Assembly: GCF_003918875.1 (NCBI RefSeq)
Contig: NW_025767646.1
Location: 620,001-684,000, forward strand
DNA: 64,000 nt
Source of the DNA: Haliotis rubra
Taxonomy: Eukaryota
Reading direction: 5' to 3'
The notes under the pieces: model-generated
Database searches by the model: none
Told to the model about the DNA's origin: nothing
What the model saw: only the letters and a program-made list of their open reading frames with translations
In this document: positions 1-13,059 of the stretch, in pieces
How positions within the stretch are numbered: the first letter of the stretch is position 1
Layout of the letters: each line of letters begins with the position of its first letter
Translations under genes and position numbers: made by a program

Positions 1-646
1 GATGGTCACAATATTTAAGAAAGGATTAATTGAAACTTTTTATCAGTGCATCCATCTTCTGTCCATCCATCACCTACCCATCTACCCACCTACCCTCCTG
101 TACACCAACCCTGTATGATACACATCAGGTTCAACACAGTCCATATAAATACACCACGACAGCCTTAAATACACCTTGCAGTACCACCTAGAAGTTGAAA
201 AGCTGTGAAATTCTTCCAAAGTAAACGCAGATGAGGAATTGCACCACTTAGCAATCGCTTAGAGATAAGGAAGGATGAAGATATTAAACTTTAGCATGCA
301 GGTTCTTCATCTCCATAGCAGTGTCAGACAGTGATATGTACATCACATTATACACCACCTCAGACTGCGAGAACAGCGATAAATATATGTGTCGGTGGCC
401 ATGTGTTGGCATCAGATGCAACTAAAGGTTAACCCTGATGCCGATGACGCTATTAATTTCTTCTTCTAATCTAACCCAAAATGTTACAGAATTTGCTGCC
501 ATTTTGGTTTAATTGTAGTAAATATAATTAAATATAATTAAATATTACACTGACTATAACTAAATATAATTATAGTAAATATAGTTATAGGACAAATGTC
601 ATAGTATGTACTATTTGTGTTAAAGGGACTGTGTCAGCTCTATTAG

Positions 647-785
647 GGATGATGTGGTAGCCCAGTGGTTAAAACCCTCACCCTTCATGAAAAAGGTCTG
701 GGTTTGATTCCAGATAGGTATAAAATGTATAGAGAAAACTCTGGTGCTCCCAACTGTGATATTACTGGAATATTGATGAAAGCAC
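647..785 (+). mobile_element. SINE family A, degenerate copy
   Basis: Decayed tRNA-like head (gtggtagcccagtggttaaa...gggtttgattcc) and tail gtgatattactggaatattg. Confidence 0.7.
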
Positions 786-1344
786 TTTGGACTCTGGTAT
801 ACTCTAGTACCAGGTACATTCTACTATCATCAAATGTACCAAAGTAATCTCACTTGCACCCTGGATTAAGTCCATCATGATCTTTTCTGATGCCACATTG
901 TCCAAAGGGTGTCTTGGAATCTATTGGCAACCAGATAAACACAACTTTTGAGCTTTCGACTCTGGTCAGGGATTATCAGGGAAATAAGCATACAGGTGAG
1001 ACTTAAATAGATATTTATCTATCTACCGGAGACTTTTCTTCAAACAACACTGACACAAGTACTGGATTTCGTTTGACTTAGTGTAGTTAATCAGGACATC
1101 CCAACCCGTCATTACAGAGACAGCCACAAGTCTGTCTCACAGTCCTAGACTAACATCTAGTCTCTGAAATGAACATATTTTACAGAAACAGTTCCTAAAT
1201 TATATTGATATAAATATAAATATAGTAAAACAGAGCCCAGATATTTTCTTCATTTTCAGAAACTGTGGAAATCTAGACTTGCCACATAATCTAGACTTGT
1301 ATGGGCTTTCTTGGATATATTTGTTTCAGGGTCTGTATGACAGA

Positions 1345-1535
1345 CTATCATAGTCCCTGAACCACATTATTTTCCCTCCTGCCTAGCCCTCCCTGCAATG
1401 CTGAAGTCCTAAATGAAGCAAGTCTAGTTCCTCAGGCTCCAGATCTCACAACTCACTGGGGCTCCTTTTTAATTTAAATGGGTTTATTTGTTACTGTCAA
1501 AATTATATATATTCAGAGGCTAAGCATAAATCTAA
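1345..1535 (+). mobile_element. Family E non-autonomous DNA transposon (Academ-like), degenerate
   Basis: Matches the 43142-43339 copy along its length (agtccctgaaccacattatttt...attatatatattcagag). Confidence 0.75.
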
Positions 1536-1547
1536 GACAATGCCTTT

Positions 1548-1833
1548 GGTCTAGTGAATAAAGCATCTGCCCAGAGAGTGTAATGTCTGTGGTTCAATCT
1601 CTAGCGGCAGCTTACCAAACGATATTAAAAAATGCTATTTGTTTCTATTAAGGAGATTAAAAAAGCTGGTCGGCTATGAGTCTGTGCAATATGTATGGAG
1701 TAGCCATGTTAAATGGCAGTAAGCTATCTCAGTGGGATAGCTCTACCAAATTGGCATTGATCCGGATGACTACAAGCAGATGCACACAAATCACCAAATA
1801 ACTGTAATAATCTTGAACGCAACATTAAACCCT
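1548..1833 (+). mobile_element. SINE family C (MetaSINE-like), old degenerate copy
   Basis: Decayed A/B boxes, ctggtcggct, tatctcagtgggatagc, tail aacattaaaccc; colinear with the 37629 copy. Confidence 0.65.
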
Positions 1834-3127
1834 TTTTCACCTCTGCGAAGGGCACTATATGTCAAAGTTATGTGCTGCATCTTGGAATCAAACCAAGGAC
1901 GTTATGTCAAGAGCAAGTGCACAAACATTTAGACCACCCAGTCTTCAGTCTCACAGTGACTCAGAAGAAGAAAATTCTTACAAACTCATTTCTTTAAACA
2001 AAAAAAATTTAACATCAGACAATAAATTTTCAACAAGTATTTGTGACTTAAAAAACAAGCTCCAAATAAGGCCCTTGGCTTAGAGTGTCAATAAAACTGC
2101 CAGACATGCAACTTCAGTTATATAAAGCGTATTTAAACAGTTTAAATATCCAGACCAATTGAGGGAACGTGTTGTAATTTCGTATAATAGCTGACACAAA
2201 CTGCCTTCCAAATTGTAATGTCTAATGATAGAGAGATTTGGATGTTAGACTCAACATAGGACCATACAGGAAGCAGCACCAGGACCTCGACAAACTCGAC
2301 AGTAAATAGTCCATCTGCGAAAATGACATGGATTCCGAATCACACATTTTACAGAATCTGACAATGGCTGAAATATTAATTGCAACAAGTGTCGCTAATA
2401 CTTCCCAATACAGAGATGGATTGGCTGTAATGGGAGGAAGGAATGATAACAGGGAGGATTATGGGTAGATAGCATCTACGAAAGTGTCTGCCACCATCAG
2501 ACGTGTAAATCAGAGAGGGGTTGTTTGTGACATCCAGATTTATGCAGGGCTTCAGATAAGAAGCTGCGGCCTCGAATGTGCAACATTCTACTTGAGCTGC
2601 ACATCTAATGCACATATCTTTATCAGTGTTGTACATATTTATTACTTCGTGTGGGTTAAAGTCCTCACAATTTAATTTTTGTGACTCTAAAAGTATCGTA
2701 AACTTTCCTCTTTTTCAAAATGTTTAGATTTCTTGTTTTGGGGAAAGAATTTGTATTTTTTTTGAAAGTCTAAGAATGTTTCTCCATTGTACATTTTGCA
2801 GCCACTTAGACTAAAATTATTCGAGTTTCTCTTACATTATTCTACATCCAAAAGATTTGTGTTGATCCCCTGAAAACAACATTTTATATATTATATATTA
2901 TATTTATATATTATTATGTAAAGATATTGTAGATATTTTAACCAATTTTAGATTGTTTGAATGTAATGATTTCATCTTTGTAAAAGTGAAATGTAAGAAC
3001 TGCCACTGATTCTGTGGTGAGCACCAGGCATAACATTAATTCTAAATTATTAAAGTTATGAATGATGTACTGGAATTTGTCTAAGTGTATATATACTGAA
3101 AGGCTAAAGAAAGGTCGTAATATAGGA

Positions 3128-3182
3128 GTGAGTGAGTGAGATCAGTTTTACGCCGGACTCGGCAATATTCCAGCTATATGGC
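3128..3182 (-). mobile_element. SINE family B, 3'-end-only insertion (55 bp)
   Basis: Tail only, flanked by 15-bp TSD ggtcgtaatatagga (3113-3127 / 3183-3197). Confidence 0.9.
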
Positions 3183-4828
3183 GGTCGTAATATAGGAAAT
3201 GACATGTAAATATCAATGAAGTATTTGAACCTAATTTTTTTTAAATATACACCAGAAGTCAAGTTTGAAGAAAACATGAATCGTGGTCGTATAGCCTGTT
3301 TTGCCCAATAAAGTATTGTTTGAGATTGAGGTTAGAAATGTTTTGTTTGTGGAAAGGGAAGAGTTCGCACAAACACAACATCGAAATCGAGATGCAGTGG
3401 ACGTGCATGCATTCAGGCATAAATTGGCGGTTTGAATGGCAATCATTCACTTGTTTTCTGAACACAGCACCGTGATGCCTGATAATGCATTTTGGGGGTC
3501 CCAGGAATAAAACTTGAATTCCCAGTGACCTCATTTCCAACAGCAAATTTAATGCATAATATACTTAAAAAAGAAAGGGTTTCTCCTATTTGGACTCAGT
3601 GCCATGAACAATTTAAAACAGAATGTCTCAACTAGTAATGCATTAGTTATCTCAACAGAAATAGGAGATAAATCACATACATTTCATAAAGCTAACATAT
3701 GTTTTAGTTTAATTAGTTTCATACCTTCCAGCAAGAATATTGTTGTGTGTACAGTGGTATGTGCTGGGATATTATTTTCAGCCATTATAAATTTGCATGT
3801 GTTTAGAACACAGTACTTTACATCTTGTCATTTACAAACTTAGATTTAAACTGTGTGGTTACATTTTGCTGACTTAGCAACTATACTTTGTTCTCGCTTT
3901 CTCACCATGCTTATTTCTGTGAAGAATATATTTGGCTACCAATATTTAACCTATATCTCAGGGTTGAAGACTCATTCAACCATATAATTGTTGATCAAAT
4001 AGATTTTAGAACCATTCTTATGGGGAAGATCTTTCAAAATATTTACATTGGCATCTTCTATTTCCTGTAAATATCTTTCTCTTTGGGTGAGTAAGTTTTG
4101 AATTTTTGTTTGTTTTGTAACTGAGCCACACAACAGCGTGATGTTAATACAAAGATGTAAATTCCATGTACATCTTTGGTTGATACAGAGGTATCATTTG
4201 AAATAACTGATGGGACTGCTTTTTAAGAGAGCAAGTTTATTTCAAACAATGTTTAAATATAAGGCACCAGTCTCAGAAAGAAAATTGCCAACAATTAACA
4301 ATTACCCATTTCATTTTAAAATGTTGAGAAAAGTATTCATTGGTTAAAAATGGAGCTAATGAAGATAGATAGCTTTTATTTCCAGCAATAAGACATCTTA
4401 CAGTTGAAATTTGTGATAACAGGGCATGGTAATGGACACTAAACTAGATAAGACAAGCCACGATGGAGGACATAAAAACACCTCCTAATCTCAAACTACA
4501 CAAACACAATCTAAACATGCAACACTAAAACTGTTTTTAATCTAGTCATGCTTGCTCATATATCGGAATGTACAACATTAAAAACCAGTTTACAGGCCAG
4601 TCAGTTCTTAAGATAAGAAGAGTTATTTCCCCTGGCCAGACTTTGTTGCTGTTTCAACATCTGTATCATATGCCTCATGTATGTATTTTTGATTCAATGA
4701 ATCAGGATTGTTCAGTGATGATTGCAGTATGCTGTTATACTTTGCACTGTGATTGTGAGAAGTCTTAATGTTAAGGTATGGGATTACTTTGTACAGTGTA
4801 TCTAGGCAGAGAAGGCTCAGTAATTGCC

Positions 4829-5030
4829 TGGTCTGTCTCATAGTCTGTGAACCATATTAATTTCCCAACAGCCTAGCCCACCCTGCAATGCTAAAGCCCT
4901 AAATGAAGCAAGTCTAGATTTCCCAAGATTCAGGCTGAATCTCTTATCTCCCTGGGGCTCCTTTTCAATTTAAATGGGTTTATTTGTTACCATCAAAATT
5001 ATATATATTCAGAGACTAAGCGTTAGTCTA
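4829..5030 (+). mobile_element. Family E DNA transposon (Academ-like)
   Basis: t(g)gtctgtctc...gttagtcta termini; flanks gtaattgcc / taaattgcc resemble a 9-bp TSD. Confidence 0.8.
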
Positions 5031-5064
5031 TAAATTGCCCTAAGCATTGACTTTCAGGTTTACT

Positions 5065-5225
5065 GTTGTTTGTTTGTTGTTTAAACTAAAGCAAACAGTA
5101 TTACCACTCTATCAATGTGACCTGTAAATATTTGAGTTTAGGTCAGACAAACCGATGACTGGAAGAATTGAGCAGTGTGTCACTTCATCAGGAACTATGA
5201 TTCTGCAGCAGATCCTGACTGCCAG
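5065..5225 (-). mobile_element. SINE family B, highly degenerate
   Basis: ttgtttgtttgttgtttaa tail, ctgtaaatatttgag..ggtcagacaa remnants. Confidence 0.5.
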
Positions 5226-5650
5226 ATCAAAATTGTCACCTCCTATTGCCAGTTCTGTTTTGGGAGATGCCTAGGAATTTGGGGAAATAGTTGAAAAATT
5301 TATTTGCTCTTGAGTTCCTGACATAATGAAAAGAATGTGTTGATAAAAAGTAGTTGACAACCCACATGCACATAGCAAACATGATCGGAACTTGCATTCT
5401 TAGACTTATGATAGTCTTAGCACTAAGATTGCTTTGTGCAAAGGGCCCAGTTGCTTTAAAATGTTTTATATTTTGTAGCAGTGATAAAAGAATATCACGT
5501 CTAACTAAAAACAGTCCCAAGCTGCCCAAGATATTATACAGAGTTCCTTACGTCCATTTGGCCACAGATGCCCCAAGGGTTTTCTAAGGTTCACAAAATG
5601 TTATAAGGCAGATTTTGTCCACGTATTGTGACTACAGGAATTTCATCTTT

Positions 5651-5680
5651 GAGTGAGTGAGTGAGTGAGTGAGTGAGTGA
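5651..5680. repeat. (GAGT)n microsatellite, probably an orphan SINE tail
   Basis: About 7 GAGT units; same unit as family A/B tails. Confidence 0.85.
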
Positions 5681-5809
5681 GATCATAAAGATTGTCATCA
5701 ATTCATTCTAAAAGGCTGGAGGCCCACAAGGAACACATGATTACATGTCCTGCACAAAACAACATCTTGATTAAAAGTATGCCACAAAGTGGCAATGTAT
5801 ATTGTAGAG

Positions 5810-5982
5810 AGTCTTCCTCACAGCCCCTGAACCACATTATTTCTCTTTCCACCCAGACCTTTCTGTTAATATGCTAAATCCCTCAATGAAGCAGGTCTAG
5901 ATTTCCTTAGGTTCTCCCATCTCACTGGGCTCCTTTTGAATTTGAATAGAATAATCATATCGTATCCCTCACCATTAGTCTA
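5810..5982 (+). mobile_element. Family E, internally deleted copy
   Basis: cagcccctgaaccacattatt...tctagatttcc...ttagtcta. Confidence 0.65.
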
Positions 5983-6074
5983 GTATTGTACACTGTCCTG
6001 TGTTTTTGTGACATAAAGCCTAATTGGTCACTCAGACCCTTTGTGAAAGGCAGCTCCATGACTGTACCTTTAGG

Positions 6075-6222
6075 GAGTGAGTGAGTTTACTTTTACGCCG
6101 CTTTTAGCAATATTCCAGCCATATCACGGCGGGGGACACCAGAACATTGTTCCCATGGGGAATCGAACAAAGGTCTTTGGCTTGAAAAGCAATACTTTAA
6201 CCACTAGGCTACCCCACCGCCC
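6075..6222 (-). mobile_element. SINE family A
   Basis: tRNA-like head, tail, internal deletion; imperfect ~16-bp TSD (tgactgtacctttagg / tgtcagtacctttaag). Confidence 0.9.
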
Positions 6223-6344
6223 TGTCAGTACCTTTAAGATGAGAGGAGATGTGAAGCATATGTTTTAAGCCTCCCATTCTTATGTATTTGCTGCCACCTT
6301 GACCAAGAAACGTTTCCTTACCAGGATTCAACTTTTGAGAAGTA

Positions 6345-6460
6345 TTTTGTTCCAGCAATATCTCAGTGGAGACACCAGAAATAGGCTTTAGACACTGTAC
6401 CCATACACGGAAGCAATCCTGGACCTTTGGCGAACAAGCAAATGGTTTATCCTGTGCCCC
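6345..6460 (-). mobile_element. SINE family A, degenerate
   Basis: ttccagcaatatc..gacaccagaaataggc..tgtaccca. Confidence 0.65.
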
Positions 6461-8229
6461 ATTATTTGAATGAACATGATGGGACAGTGACATTGTCGCC
6501 AATACATTTAAACTACATAACACCGTATGATCTGACAACTTCAATATCCGGTGTATCATGTCTACGTTTCATTACAAGCAATACCTTGGAAAAATGTAAC
6601 CCATGGTTATCACAGCTTATGAAATCACATTAAGAATCACTGTCTCTAATTAAACAAAGAAGGTAGAGAAAACTTGTTGCTAAGCAACAAGAGAGATTAA
6701 GAAAAGGCATATTTCTGAAACAAAGCTTACACGATAGAATGGAAATATAATACCCTGGATTAAAGGGGATGGTGAGAGTTGTCAACTTTAATCCGTCCTT
6801 AATCGTAAGATTAAACCATACTTGCTGTCAACACTCATTATTAAGGTATGTTTCCTTTCATTAAAGCTAAGCCATCATTTCCTTCATGAATTGACACAAA
6901 GTTCAGTTGAAACTTCTTTTACTTTTCACAATCAAGGACGGAACATGATAACAAAATAATCTGGAAATACAAATTTTGACACATCATACAAGATTATGAA
7001 ACTTTACATTCTAGAAAATACAGATTGACAAAAGAAAATTACTTAGTATATTTTAGTCATGATAAGTCCATCAAACTTTCCTGTATAAATTCGTTAGTTC
7101 ATAGTTAAAATCATGCTTGGCAATTTTCCAGCTATTTGTCAGGGGCTCATAATTTATCAGACAGAACCAGACAAAGCAAGAATGTTGATGTTATGAGGAA
7201 AAAATCCAAGCTGTCGGTGTAAGTATAAAACACTATCAACTACGTCACTAAGCCTGGCCACACCATCCATTAAATCACATAATAACACCAGTCAAGGTTG
7301 AATCAAGTGATGGTAAGAGTAAATATATAAGCGAGACAAAGTTAACAACGTACCTGACCACACTCGATGTCCGCATGTCTGTTTGAGCAACCCCAACACC
7401 ATCGAAACACTATATTTTATTGACAGTGTCGTACTAAACGCCAACTGACTGTTACCCATAACTATATTTGTACAGGTCATATTTCAGAATTTACATTTCA
7501 CAGGTGAGGGGACCAATGGCGAACTAAACTTTCTGCCACATTTCTTGTAATTATCCCCTCGTACAACCCAGCTTATTTGTCCGTTGTGTTTTATTTGCGA
7601 AAACGAACAATATGGCTGAATTTACCAGACGTATCTGTAGACATTTGTACGCGACCACTGAAGGGGTGTCGCGGGCTTGGGGTCGATAACGAGTTTACTT
7701 TGATTGAGTAAACATCTTTATGTATGATTGACAATACTCGTGGAGGGACGGCGTGTGAGAATGGATTGAGAGGGTTGTCCTTCCCGAACTGTGTGTTACA
7801 CCAAGTCAGACGGAAGGCCATTGCTCAATGTTCTATTCATCCAATGTGCAGGTGGATTTGATTGACTAAGTGATCTGAATCAGTGCTTTGTGTTTGTATT
7901 TTATCAGTACAATTCTTTGAACAATGTGCAGCAGACTTGAGGTCCTTCTTTCATGCAAGTTGCTTGTAGCACAAATATATAATGTCGATTATTGTTGTGC
8001 AATGTTTTATGTTGAACAGTGCACATGCTGTGTAAGAAATTATGTACAGACTGGAGCCCTGTGTTTTATTACTGGAATGTGTATTGGTGACAATCGAGAT
8101 GATCAAAGTTTAATGGTCAGTGGAAATGTTAGGTTGTGTTAGCTTTATGGATTGTGAGAATTGTTGGTTGATGACAGTTATGGCTTGTGAGAATATTGTT
8201 GGGCCATTCAAGTGAAGAATTGCTATAAT

Positions 8230-10405
8230 TGTGGGTTGATGAGAGTCAGTCATAGAGATTGTGGAATGTTGAGATTGTAGTAATTGTGGGATGTTGAGAG
8301 TCATAGATTTGGTAATTGTGGGATGTTGAGAGAGTCATGAGAGTCATAGATTGGTAATTGTGTTGAGTCATAGATTGTGGTAATGTTGAGAGTCATAGAT
8401 TGTGGGATGAGAGAGTCATAGATTGTGGTAATTGTGGGATGTTGAAAGTCACAGATTGTGGTAATTGTGGGAGTGTTGAGAGTCATGATTATGGTAATTT
8501 GGGATGTTGAGAGTCATAGATTGTGGTAATGTTGAGAGTCATAGATTTGGTAATGGTGTGATGGATGTTGAGAGTCACAGATTGTGGTAATTGTGGGATG
8601 TTGAGAGTCATGTGATTGTGTTGAGAGTCATAGAATTGTGGGATGTTGAGAGTCAGTAGATTGTGGTAATTGTGGGATGTTGAGATGTGGGATATGGTAA
8701 TTGTTGAGAGTCATTGTAGTAATTGTGGGATGTTGAGAGTTGGTAATTGTGGGATGTTGAGAGTCACAGATTTGGTAATTGTGGGATGTTGAAAGTCACA
8801 GATTGTGGTAATTGTGGGATGTTGAGAGTCATAGATTGTGGTAATTGTGGGATGTTGAGAGTCATAGATTGTGGTAAGTGTGGGATGTTGAGAGTCATAG
8901 ATTGTGGTAATTGTGGGATGTTGAGAGTCATAGATTGTGGTAATTGTGGGTGAGAGTCATAGATTGGTAATTGTGGGATGTTGAAAGTTAGTCATAGAGA
9001 CTGTGGGATGTTGAGAGTAAGATTGTGGTAATTGTTGAGAGTCATAGATTGTGGTAATTGTGGGATGTTGAGAGTCATGTGGATTGTGGTAATTGTGGGA
9101 TGTTGAGAGTCATGGATTGTGGTAATTGTGGATTTGTTGAGAGTCACAGATTGTGTGTGGGATGTTAATTGTGGGATGTTGAGAGTCATAGATTGTGGTA
9201 ATTGTGGGATGTTGAGAGTCATAGATTGTGGTAATTGTGGGATGTTGAGAGTCATAGATTTGGTAATTGTGGGATGTTGAGAGTCATAGATTGTGGTAAT
9301 TGTGGGATGTTGAGAGTCACAGATTGTGGTAATTGTGGGATGTTGAGAGTCATAGATTTGGTAATTGTGGGATGTTGAGAGTCACAGATTGTGGTAATTG
9401 TGGGACGTTGAGAGTCATAGATTGTGTAATTGTGGGAAATTGTGGGATGTTGAGAGTCACAGATTTGGTAATTGTGGGATGTTGAGAGGGATTTGGTAAT
9501 TGTGGGATGTTGAGAGTCATAGTGGTAATTGTGGGATGTTGAGAGTGAGAGTCAGATTGTGGTAATTGTGGGATGTTGAGAGTCATAGATTGTGGTAATT
9601 GTGGGATGTTGAGAGTAGATGGTAATTGTGGGATGTTGAGATTGTCATAGATTGAGAGTGGTAATTGTGGGATGTTGAGAGTCATAGATTGTGGTAATTG
9701 TGGGATGTTGAGAGTTGTGGGATGTTGAGAGTCAGTCATAGAGTAATTGTGGTATGTTAGTAATTGTGGGATGTTGAGAGTCATAGATTGTGGTAATTGT
9801 GGGATGTTGAGAGTCATAGATTGTGGTAATTGTGGGATGTTGAGAGTCATAGATTGTGGTAATTGTGGGATGTTGAGAGTCATAGATTGTGGTAATTGTG
9901 GGATGTTGAGAGTCATAGATTGTGGTAATGTTGAGAGATTGTGGTAATTGTGGGATGTTGAGAGTCAAAGATTTGTGGGATGTTGAGAGTCATAGATTGT
10001 GGGATGTTGAGAGTCATAGTGTGGGATGTTGAGATCATGTGGTAATTGTGGGATGTTGAGAGTCAGACAGAGTCATAGATTGTGGTAATTGTGGGATGTT
10101 GAGAGTCATAGATGGTAAGTAGTGTGGGATGTTGGGATGTTGTGAGAGTCACAGATTGGTAATTGTGGGATGTTGAGAGTCATGTTAGATTGTGGTAATT
10201 GTGGGATGTTGAGAGTCATGTTGAGATTGTGAGTAATTGTGGGATGTTGAGAGTGTAGTAATTTGAGAGTCATAGATTGTGGAGACTCATAGATTGTGGG
10301 ATGTTGAGAGTCATAGATTGTGGTAATTGTGGGATGTTGAGAGTCATAGATTGTGGTAATTGTGGGATGTTGAGAGTCATAGATTGTGGTAATTGTGGAT
10401 GTTGT
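8230..10405. repeat. 33-bp tandem satellite (gttgagagtcatagattgtggtaattgtgggat)n
   Basis: About 2.2 kb of perfect and partial units; explains the MTLNIPQLPQS and CGNCGMLRVID repeat ORFs. Confidence 0.97.
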
Positions 10406-11699
10406 AGGAGAGTTATGGATTATGAGAATATTGTTGGTCCATGAAAGTTTCTGTGTAATTGGGAAGTTATGTGAGGCAGTGAGATTTGTTGACTCCAGAG
10501 ACCTGTGGATCAGTAAGAATTTAGGAGTGAAGTCATGACAACTGTTAGCACTTGTGAGAATGTGAGTTGCAAGTTCTGTGAACTGGTGAAAATTCTACTT
10601 ACTTGAGAGTTATGAGTAAAGAATATTTCAACCTTCATATTGTCTGATATATTTTCCCAATTATTTTTTTTTCAATGTGAACATTTGAGCCAATCTGAAA
10701 GGATTTCATCATTAAGGAGAAACAGCAATTCCAACACAGAAAATTCAACTTCAAAATGTCAAAGTGAAATTTAAAAGCGATTGGCCTATTATTTCCCCAC
10801 AAGAAAGATTCAGGTTACCTAAATTTGCATGAACTTGTTGAAACTGTCAAAAGCAAATAGGAAAGGATTGGCCATACACCAGGCTGATGATTGTGTGTCT
10901 ACAGGCATTCACACAACTCCCAGATTGGGCACAGAGAATCCTGTCTTCAGTTGTAACACGAGCAGACAAGTTGCTCAATCACTTGTAGCCTTGTCAACTT
11001 AACATGAAATCGTTGTCAGATTATGATTTAAATCTTTAGATTATATTTGAGAAGGAGTAAGTCAGTATGATTTATGACAGATAGATATCTAATATTTGAT
11101 TTCTTAAATATGTCGGTCGGTTTTAGTCGAAGGTCAATGAGGAGTCTGAAGAAGGTTTAAGGTCAAGGTCATTCTGAAGAGTCAGATTGGAATCACTGTC
11201 AGTGATCTTTTTTGTTATCAGTCACAGAAAAGTTGAAAATTGTGTCTATTTCATCCAGAACTTTAAGTAGGTATAAGCCTGACTGTTATGGAAAACTATG
11301 TATGTGAACATGCAATACTCTCATGTTTGTGTTTGCGAAATATGAACATTTGTTCCAACACTGTTGTCGCTTCATGCATAGTCAACATTGTGAAAATCAA
11401 AAACATGTGGAATAGACTATCGTAGAGCGTTATGATTGCTTTGAGGAACAGGGCCCTGGTAAGAATTTTCAACAGCATCTTGTCATTCATTACATTCGTA
11501 TTAGAACTTTTCTGGAATATGGTTGTACATTTGATTGCCTATTCTTACATTTCTATTCAGACTTAGCAGGCAACTGATCATGTAAAATTGATGGTCTATT
11601 GATGGACTTAGCAGGCAACTTGTCATATATTCATATAAAATAAATTTGTGTTCTGCAATCTGAGTTGTATGGTCCCCAGGGTGCTGAGATTGATAATAA

Positions 11700-13059
11700 G
11701 ATGTGCCCTTGAGACTGACATCCAATGATCGAGGGAAAAAATACATCCAGAGTCTTGACCGCCTGACCAGAAGGATCATGTCTAACAACAGAGCCCACCA
11801 CCCTCGGTCCTCTCTCAATCATTTATATATGCCAATCAATTCTGGAGGTTGGGGTTTGATGATTGTGGAGGTGCTTCATAATTGAATTTTATTGTGTACG
11901 TTTGCACATATTTATTTATCGGATGATCCTCTGGTGATGCATGTGAAGACTCATGATAAAAGCAAGGAATTCCACAACTATTTTAAGTGTGCCAAGGTTG
12001 TTGGACACAATCTGAAATTTGAGGTTGATTTTGTTGATGGTGATGTACTGCTGGACGGTACAGCATTGGGAGTAAACCAGGTGAAGTCCTTCACCAAGTC
12101 TGCCCAGAGTCGGTCATTTGTGGAGAAGCTTTCTGAGAAGCCATTGCATAGTGTGTATATGCAGTGTGTGGAACAGAATAGCAATCCAACAGACTCCTTC
12201 GCCTGGATGAAGTCGGCTGGTCTTAAATGTGAAACCGAGGGCTTCCTTTTCGCTGCTTAGGACCAGTCACTTACCACTCGCAATCGCCTAAATGTTATTC
12301 TTAAGAAAAGATCAATATGAAATGTCGACTGTGTAATGAATTTACAGAGACTGTCCAACACCTTGTCAGTGGATGCCTTTCTTTGGCACAAACAACATAC
12401 CTTAAACGACATGATGGCATGGCTTGTTATTTGTACTATCGTCTTCGCCATGCCTGTGGATTTGACTCTGAGGTCCATCCATGGTACGACCCTGAACATG
12501 TCACGGAAAATGATGCTTTCAAACTTCTGTGGAATAGGCCCATATACAGCCTCAGAAGAATTCCAGCCAAAAACCTGATCTTGTCCTTTTTGATAAAGCC
12601 AATGAAATTATTTATGTTATTTAATTTTCTGTCCCTTTTTGACAGCAATGTAATTGGCAAGATTCAGGAAAAGCATGATAAATATGTGGACCTCGCCTTT
12701 GAAATGTCTTGCTTGCATCCCAAATACACTGTCGTCAGGCTCCCCATTGTTATTGGTGCCGTAGTTTGGTACCTCCTGATCTCTTGGCGCAGATCAGGAG
12801 AGTGCCACCAGAAGCACATCCCTTCTGACACTCTGGGTAATGCAGAAGGTTGGGGAGTCTACATATTCTCCAGAAAGTTCTTGGTGGGTTCGACTAGGCA
12901 GCGTTACCTGAGAGAAGTCCCATTCGCTGTCTGGGTTGCATGTAGAGGGGGCAAGGGCCCTGAACTGATGATAAGCCTTACCAGCCTGACTGTGCCAGGT
13001 TCACCCAAACCCTCTCTGCTCCATTTTCTTCTTAATCTGTAAAACATAATAATAATAAT
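11700..13059 (+). mobile_element. 5'-truncated non-LTR retrotransposon, R4/Dong-like (RT C-terminus, CCHC, restriction-like endonuclease), pseudogenised
   Basis: LDRLTRRIM..HHPRSSLNHLYMP..SGGWGL; WMKSAGLKCETEGFLFAA*DQSLTTRN; CRLC..ETVQHLVSGC..YLKRHD; KPDLVLFD..D.NV..K..EK..KY.DL in shifted frames; stops and frameshifts; (TAA)n tail. Confidence 0.9.

Noticed and set aside
850-960. BEL/Pao-like LGIYW..D motif, or a minus-strand exon
   Set aside because: Too short; neither reading is supported by neighbouring sequence.
2330-2630. PHD-like cysteine pattern (CNKC..WIGC..HQTC)
   Set aside because: Needs several stops and frameshifts; too degenerate to call.
8301-9968. Repetitive ORFs (MTLNIPQLPQS, CGNCGMLRVID, TITTIYDSQHP)
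   Set aside because: By-products of a 33-bp unit; frequent frame-breaking partial units; no splice or start context.
7759-10990. Spliced peptide ..MFYSSNVQ|AFTQLPDWAQRIL.. and a possible selenocysteine TGA at 7756
   Set aside because: A second in-frame TGA lies 27 nt upstream, no family is recognisable, and the join is unsupported.
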